DNA of 64,000 nucleotides from Podarcis melisellensis (taxonomy: Eukaryota): assembly GCA_964234715.1 (NCBI GenBank), contig OZ174292.1; one strand, written 5' to 3'. Position 1 is the stretch's first letter. Every line of letters begins with the position of its first letter. The position numbers and the translations under genes were made by a program. The notes under the pieces were generated by a model. The model worked only from the letters and a program-made list of their open reading frames with translations, had not been told where the DNA came from and made no database searches. Shown here in pieces: positions 49,901-58,900 of this stretch.

Positions 49901-52900
49901 GTGACAGACATGGGGGGGGGGGAACAAACCTATCCATTATTTTAAGTGACACATAACTGGTTAATACAATTGTGGTCTCTGATCCAGAAGCACAAGCTTC
50001 TACTGTACAAGCTATGCAGGGGCGCCGACTTATAAAAAATATTGGGGGGGGGGCGGGGGCCCATACTGACTTATAAAAAATATTGGGGGGCCGAAAACCT
50101 CCAAACCGCTGCTGCTGGGGGAACGAAAGGGGCGAGCCCCGGGCTGCCCCAACCTTAAGTGAACCTGTGAGGGCCCGCCCTTTGCGGCAGCCAATTGGCT
50201 GCCGCCGTGGGCAGTGAATATTAATGAGCTAGGGGGAATCCCCGCTTCTCCGGGGCTGGGCGAGATTGTTGATGGGTCGAGAGCCCGCAACCCCACCGCC
50301 TCTCTAGATCGGGAGTGACTTTGTTTTAACTCATTACTGAATGTATTTTAAAAGGTAACTATCGTCAAACAAGGAAAATAAAAAATACCAACATAATTTT
50401 GTGATTTTACAAAGCATAATATAACTAATAATTTTCTTAAATTATTGGGGGGGCAGAGCCCCCCCAAAAGAACTTTTGAGGGGGCTCGGGCCCCCTCAGG
50501 CCCCATGGAGTCGGCGCCTATGAAGCTATGTCCAGGTGCTCCAGATCAGAGGAAGAAAACATACATGGTTCTATATAGCTTCGTTTGGCTTCCATCTGGT
50601 CCTTGCATTTGTTAGTCCACAACCTGAAATTCTCATTGCTATGAACCACAACCCCACCATGAAGGAACAAGCATGTAAGAAGAGAAGAAGAGTTTGGATT
50701 TGATATCCCGCCTTTTACTCCCCTTCAGGAGTCTCATAGCGGCTAACATTCTCCTTTCCCTTCCTCCCCCACAACAAACACTCTGTGAGGTGAGTGGGGC
50801 TGAGAGACTTCAGAGAAGTGTGACTGGCCCAAGATCACCCAGCAGCTGCATGTGGAGGAGCGGAGACGCGAACCCGGCTCCCCAGATTATGAGACTACCG
50901 CTCCTAACCACTACACCACACTGGCTCCCAACACTTGACTTCCCATGGTAAGTCAACCAGGCCTCTATGAAGCAATATCACAAATAAGCACAATAACATT
51001 TGTTCCCTGGCCTGTTAAAAAATTAGGGGGTGGGGGGTGGGAAGAGACTACAGCTTTCAAAGATGGCAATTTAGTGTAAAGTTCTTTATTTTTCTCAGAC
51101 TACTTAAAAACCATCTTGGCTTGGTCTTCTATGTTTTTAATATGTTTATGAAGCTGTTGGGAGATGTCATCACAGAATTTGAATGGTGTATCATCAATAT
51201 ATGGACAACAATTAATGCTTGCCCTTTTTGCAGATCCATATGGGGCAGTGAAATTCCTGAATTAGTATCTGCAGCAGTAGTTAAGTAGGAAAGGAGCTTA
51301 CAGCCAACTTAAACTTATCTCATTGACAATATTGTGGTGGGAGTGGGAATAGATCTTATCTAGATTCGGGGGGTGGGGAGAGATCACAGATTAAGGTTGT
51401 ATCTTAAAATACTGCTGCTTTTATATATAAGATACTACTATGACAAGTAGTATCTTTTTACCAGGTACAACCAGTTATGCCTTCTCTGTAGGAGCAGCAG
51501 AGATCTGCGCTACGGTAATTTCCATATTATATTACTGTAATATATTCAGTTTGGGGCTACCCTTGAAAGCTGTTCATAAACTTCAGTTAGTGCAGCAGCT
51601 AAGCTAGTGGCTGTGACTGACTATTGCAGGCATAGGCAAACTCGGCCCTCCAGATGTTTTGGTAGCTACACTGTAGGATTTCCTTGATACACAGACTTGC
51701 TCACTTCATTTGTTGTGAGCCACTACATCTATCAGTTAAAAAGTAGCCTGAATACCTAAGTAAAGTATGTGACTCAAGAGTCCCCAGAAATGCATAGTAC
51801 AGGAATTTCCCTGCCCTTACGCAAGGGTTACGTTCCAGGACCCCACTCATGCATGTGAAATTACATAAAGTGGAGAACTCTCCACTTTAACGGGGAGGGC
51901 ACATGAGGAGGAGAGAGAGACAAAGACAGAGACAGACTCTCACCCTGGAAATTGCTTGGGGCCACTGCCTAGCCTGTCCCAAGCCTGCCTGCCTGAGGGG
52001 AGCCAGTGCAAGCACTGGCGGCAGCTGGCCATGGAAGGAGAGGGCCAAGAACAGAAATAGTGCCAGGATGGGGGTATGGACACGTGACGGAGTGGCAGGG
52101 AGAAGATGCCTCCTGTCCTGCCCCACTGGTTGATCAAACGGCTGTTTATTTATTTCATGGCACTACATGAAAACACGGTCACGTGCAGCAAAATAAAAAG
52201 TATCACTTTAAAGCCATCCCAATGTCCACTTGTATAAACTCATATTCTTCCCCTTTACTTTAGCAGTGCCACAGATAAGAATCCATCTGCCACCATGCTC
52301 ACCTAATATAGAAATGGCATGCAGTCTGGCCTGAACAGCTTGCAACCGCTTTTTATGATTGGAAAAGCCATGGGCCAGGCGAATGTGTGTAAACAACAGC
52401 ATCTACAAGAAGAAAAAAGTTAGCAGTGTTGCAATAAAGGCCCAAGCACCCACCATGACAATGCATCCCTCACAGGGTTATAACTGACACCAGTCACCTG
52501 GCAGGATCTACATATGCAGCAGAATGAGATGCAACGAATTTTATTACTTCAGTCATATGTGTATATAAGTAAATATTGCAAGCAGAAAACTAGAACAAGG
52601 GCAGGGCATGAACCAGTCTCCCCAATGCCCTTGTTTTGTCTACAGAGCGCACATTCAAAATGTAATTCCTATTCTGAAGTCCCAGATGATACAATTTATT
52701 CTATTATCTCATTTAGCCATCTGTATAAAGGTGGCCCTAATGAACTCAACCTGATGCAATCCAGGGCAGTATCTGCTACTACCTTGTGTAACCATGTCAC
52801 TCTCAATGGGTTTCCATTTCTCTATCTCATCACACTCTCCCCATTTTGAGGACACAATATGGAAACCACACCAAAGTTAGCAGTATTGGAAACTAGAGCT

Positions 52901-55900
52901 CTCAACTCATTAAGCGCCCCACCAAGCCCAGAAAAAAAATCCATTTCAAGTACCAAGGAGATTCATTAACTCAGTTTAGCTACTGAAAATCTCCGAAGCA
53001 CAGCAAATTTGTTTTCCTTGAAACTAAACCAGAAGCCTCATTCTGTAATGCACCCAGAGCACCACATTGGTCTTTCCTGTCAATGTACCTGTTTATCCTT
53101 TGGGATGCTGTACATTTTGGTGAGGGATTCCATAATTTCAGAGGGACTTTCTGAAATCTGCATTGGGTAAATAAGAGAGGCTTAGAAGCCAATACAAACA
53201 CAAAATTTAAAATACAGTATCATTCAATTAAGCAGGGGGAGTTAGCTTACCTTGTCAAGTTGTTCTATGTGAATATAATGTAGTGTGTTGCTGGTAGTCT
53301 GAAAAGGAAACAAAAAGGTTTCGGAGTTCATTTCTGATCTCTCATTCGGAAGCCATGCCAAAGTCACAACTGTGCCATAGAACTGCTTAAGGGCAGCCAC
53401 CAAGAGCTACAGCTCAAAAATGAGTTGTGCCTTTGGCCAACAATCAGACCTGGCTTTCGTGGGGTATTTTAATCATATCCCAATATGGATTACTGTGCTG
53501 GCAACCCCTATTTGAGAAAGAGCTGCTGCCCCATAAATTCACATCTGCCCCATAAATCCATACCTAGAAAAAACAAGCATTTAAAGAAGCAAAATGGAGA
53601 AGTCTCTTCACAGGTGGACAGAGGTGTTACCTTGGAAGTGTCAAGGATGTATGTATCTGGCACTGAAGTGTTCCCATTTAATTTGGGAACACTGTCAAGG
53701 TGTGCCATCTACTTTACACCCAAATACACAGGGAACTGGAGCTACTATGTAAGGGTCCTCACAGGGCCTAGTGTGGAATTTGGGGAGGACAAAGTTTGAA
53801 CTGTTTGCACCTGACAAGAGACCTTTCATAGAGTGTTTCTCAAGACATAGGAAAACAAACTCTCCCTGAGATATGAGGGCAACAAAGTGGGCCTTCAACA
53901 TCACTGAATCCCTACCACCATCACCACCACCTCCAAGAGTTAAAAGCAGCATGTTTGATTGCAGGGCACAGCAGCTACAGCAGAGGTAGGACACTGAGTG
54001 GACCATGACAACCTCCAAAATGAGTTTATCAAGCTACTGAAAGCATCTGAGAATAGGAAGACTGGCTGCCAGCATCTTCTCATACCTAAAGTAACTTCCT
54101 CCATCTTAGTATTCACTCACTGGGAGCAGAGAACCCCGCTTCTCTTAGAAACTGAATAGGGAGCAACGTGCTATAGCCTTTTTCAATCCAATGTGGGCTT
54201 ATTTGCCAAATCTTGCTCCCACCCACTTCCCTCAGAACCCTACAAGAACAAGTCTGTAGGAGACTCACCCTTTTGTCCACTTTGACCTCGGCCCCTGGCT
54301 CTGCATAGAATTCAAAGTGTAGTGTAGTTGCACTGGGAGGGTATTTCTGTGTACAGATCACAGTATGGAATCAGAACAAACCAGATGGCAAACACTCCCT
54401 CCAAAAAAAATCAAACCACTCTCACCCTGGACTAGGGGGAGGTTAAGGGAGGGGCGTTAGCGTAACAAAGGACAATGCACCCTGGTGCTAAGAGCACCCA
54501 CTTGCAGAAGTGTGAGTATAACCACCACCCCAACTCTCCTTACATCTTTTTGTGCATGTGGGAGGAGGAAGAGAGTTAAGATGTAAGAAGTTAGGATTAG
54601 GTATGAAGACATGGTGATGCAGAGGGAGCCCTGCTGATATCTAGGAACACAACAGCAATATCCAAGAAGATGCACAGACATGGAACAATGGCCTAGACCT
54701 GTGCCTCTAGCAGCCCCACAGGGTATGAGTAGCAATGCATATAAGACTACTCAGCCTTGCATCACTCAGCTCATGCAAGCTTAATGTAAAAGTTGAAGCA
54801 GCCGAGGGGGAGAATTTCGCTGGCCCCAGGTCAAGGGCAGTATTTCAGAACATGCCATCAGACCTTATGGGCCTCACAACTCATATGAGCCCTACAATTG
54901 GTGCACTTCCTGACATCGCTGTCAGCAGTGACGGTAGCGGCAAACCAGGAAGCACCTTAAAAATGATTTGCTTCCTATTTCCAGAAGTTTACAGTAACTG
55001 CCACTGTTTTGGTATGATAGCAGCTGTACCATCTGTGTTGATCATGCTAACCCAACTGGGGCAAAAAGTGATCTCCACCAGGATCAACACCCAGAATGTG
55101 TATGTTGTAAATGACTGTTACTCTGATCGTTCTCAAAAACAATACATCTTGAAAATACTCTATGTATGATCCTGCCCACAATGATGCTGCTTCACTCCAG
55201 AGTGTAGCCATTTCAAAACATAGCAAAAATCAGCAAAGCAGGCACTGGAAAGTTTTAAAGCAACAGGGCAGTTCTGATGAGGCTAGTAACTATCAGAACC
55301 ACCACAAGCTGGCATCTCTCCCGGTTCAGGGGACCACCATGGACAGGGGAAAGAATTATGCAGTGAGCAAGGAAAGGGCACCCAAGAACTCCCGCCCCCA
55401 AATACCCAGTATTCTTTCAAATCACACATTGCTTACCCTCAAGAAGGAAGATTATATATACCAGCAAAAAATGAGAGTTTCAGTGTCCAAATCTTGGTGT
55501 CAGAATCCCTAACCCTAAAACATTCTTTGAAGTCAAACTTTTCCAAAGCCTATGCCAGGCAATGCAAAGTGGCTTTTATATCAAATATATTGCAGGATCC
55601 TACTGTGTTTTAATGGACTCTTGCCCGTTAGGAAGACCAAATTTTCTTCCTGCAAGAGCAGAGTACCAACTATTTGCCAATTTGCTATTAAATACAAACA
55701 GTGTGAGAGGCACTATAAAAGACACACTTGGGAAAGGACTATCAATGTATTCATGTAAATCAGAAAATCAACTGGGAATTAGTTCTACACACCATGAGTC
55801 AAGCTACCAACCGCAAAGTAGCAGAAAAGATAAAATTCAAAATGGAATACTTACCAGCATGTGCAAATCTCTACAACATTCTGCCAGACCAAAGCCATTC

Positions 55901-58900
55901 TCCTTGCCACCCCAACTCTGCAGGACAGAAGGAGGAGAACATAAAGGATGAATGAACCCCAAAACCCTACAAAAAACAATCCAGAAGGAAAACTCAACTG
56001 TACACTTCAGTTGGACTTGATAAATAGAAAATTGGCTATGTGAAGTTCTGGCATGCATGTTCTATTCACAGCTGCATTTAAAATCTCACTAAGTGCCCCC
56101 CTTCCCCCTGACTCCAAAATCCTACTTAATGTAAACAGTCCTCATGATTCTTTCCAAAAGCAATTGACAAGTTCTGCTTTGTGGTAATGAAGGCTACCCA
56201 AAATGAAAGCCAAGATACTGCCAAGATACCATCCAACATGACCCAATGCAACAATGTTGACTGGTAAAACAGAAGTTTGAGAGCTAAGTAACTGTCACAG
56301 GCTATGATAAAGAGCGCCAGTGCTCAGCTGCCTTCAGAGCTGCTTGAAATGACTCACTGAATCATAGTTTGTACATGCGATGATAGTACTCGGTCTTTGC
56401 CACAGGCACACCTAAACTGGACCTTTTAAGAAAACAACCAGCTGCACATTGCAGTGTCATGTACATAATTGCTTCCTGTGATAACTGCAATTACAAGTGA
56501 CACCAGAGAGTAAATTTCAACTGCTTTGAAAATGAGAGAAGGAATTGGGTCACCTTTGTTTTGTAATCTGGATGTGTAATCAAGCCACAAACAGATTAAA
56601 ACTTAGTAGGTTGGATCCAGAGAAAGATGAGTGAAGCCACCTATGCAGTGGCTTATATTTTACTTTATTATAGTTTCCAATTATAAACAAAACAGAAATA
56701 CCACCAATAAAAGACAGAAAATAAATCAAGAACATAAAATAGAGCAGACAGAGAACAGACATAGTATTTAAATATTGTTTTCAAAGCAAAGTTTTACAAA
56801 GCCACTCCTGTTTTCCCCCTGAAAGTACACAATTCCCTCAAAGTGCTTTGTTTTAGCTGTGTGTCTGTCCCCCCCCCACCCGCTTTTTTTAACCTCTCAA
56901 TTTTTCTTCATCTGCCTTCAGACCTTTTGTACCATACATTTTTACATTGTACTGTGCAGAAGAATTGGTGGGAAAACACATCACGTGAAACAGTCCATCA
57001 CACAATCAGTTACAGGACTGTACCTCTCAGCATGCCTAGAGGTCTGATCGGCCAAAAATATACCGCCTCTAAAGCTAGTCACAGACTGAACTTCTTTTAT
57101 ATACCCTGGCTGCATGCTGCTTTTATCACATAGCAGATAAAAAGGCAGTGCTCAAGGAATCTGACGCCTGCTCTCTGTCTCAGATTACACCACACCTGCA
57201 ATGTGACAGAAAGCCACAAGAGCAGGCTAAACTGTAGCACGACAATCTTCAGGATTACTAGCTTCATCATTTGGCTCAAAAGTCTGTTTAACAATACACA
57301 ACCTTTCAAAAGGAATTGTTCCCACAACAAATAAAAAATTGGCTATATGAAGAAGACCCCAAAGCAAATAAAATTAGACAATTCAGGCTTTTAAGTCTTA
57401 ATACTTTGACAACGGGAATACTACAAATAATTACATACCTGTCTGGAAACCTCAGTACATAATAAAACACTAAGTAAGATGGGCTGGTGCAAACAGCCCA
57501 AAAGGACAAACCAGATTTAAGATGTGATGCCTAAAGCCTTAAATTTAGGAAGCAGAGGTAGAAAATGTGTCCAAGATCTTCCATTTTCTATTGCTTTGAG
57601 CAAATCCATTTATACTATGACTGTCAATGCTCCAAGTGTGTCCCATGTGAGAGAAACGGATTAGAATAATTTTTTACTAGAGACATTACATTTTTGATCC
57701 ATCAATATGGCTTCTAAAGCTGCATTATCTAAAGAAGCCATTAAGCCAATGAAATTCAACTTTATTGCAGGTCTCTTTACAGCTCCTTACCTCTGCCAAA
57801 TGCTGTAGCCGGGACAGTAGAGGCATCCTCTTGTCAGAGCCCAGGCGTGTGATGTAATTGGAGCGTTTGCTAAACACGTACAGGAGGTTGAGCACTGCAA
57901 GCACCACTTGCATATCCGAGGATGCCAACAATGTTGTCAAGTGCTAAACAAAGAGCAAAGTATTTGAAACATTCCTGAAACTACCACAATCTTAATTTCC
58001 AAAGAGATTAACATTTTCCTGTTATAGCAAATAAATACTTCCCTGCCATGTTCAGTCACTGTAGTGTTGTGGCTAACAAACTAAGTTATCAACCAGAAGT
58101 CCATAATTCAAACCTTGCTTTTGCTATGGACTCCATATGCAGCCTTAGGGCAGCTACAATCCTCAACCTACAATATGGGGAGCATGATACTAGCCTGCCT
58201 ATTGGCTTTAAAATTTAAAAAATAAATGTATGCTATGTAAACCTCTTGGATGCTTTAAAGCATTGTATAAAATTGCTAAGTATTTAAGTATTAAATATTT
58301 GAGTCCATCTGCCTCCCACAATCAACAATATAGTGGGGCTGTCATTCTTGCCCCAACAGAAAAGCGGCTTCACGCTATTAAAGCCATCATCTGCTTCTAA
58401 AACATGTTTCAGATGAGAGGCCCTTCAGCCCTTCTAAATCCCAACCCTGCTACTTTAGAGTTATTTACCTCGATAGAGCTGTACAGGTGGCGAGAAAAAC
58501 TGTATTCTATTAGCAGGGCAGTGAAGTTCAACACTGACAGCAGTAAGGATTTCAGCTGTTCCCTCTCCGGCCTGTCGCAAACCAGCATCCATGACATGTT
58601 CTCCACTGTCTGCCCAGCATCTGCTAGGATCCCATCGAATCTGTCTAGCAGGTCCACCCAGTGGTAAAGTTCGCACTAAGAGAGGAAAAAGCACATTCAG
58701 GAAAGAATGACAGTGACAAGTAGAGATAACTGGACTTCTTGGGAAAGGGTCTGCTATACCTCCCGGGGGGCGGGGGAGGAAACCAAGCTATCCCCATATT
58801 CATCAGCCAAATACAGTGGACTCAAAAGCTGACTAAGTCACTGGAGAGTAAAACCTTAGATCCAACCCCCATGTGTGCTTATTTGGAAGTCCAACTGGCA

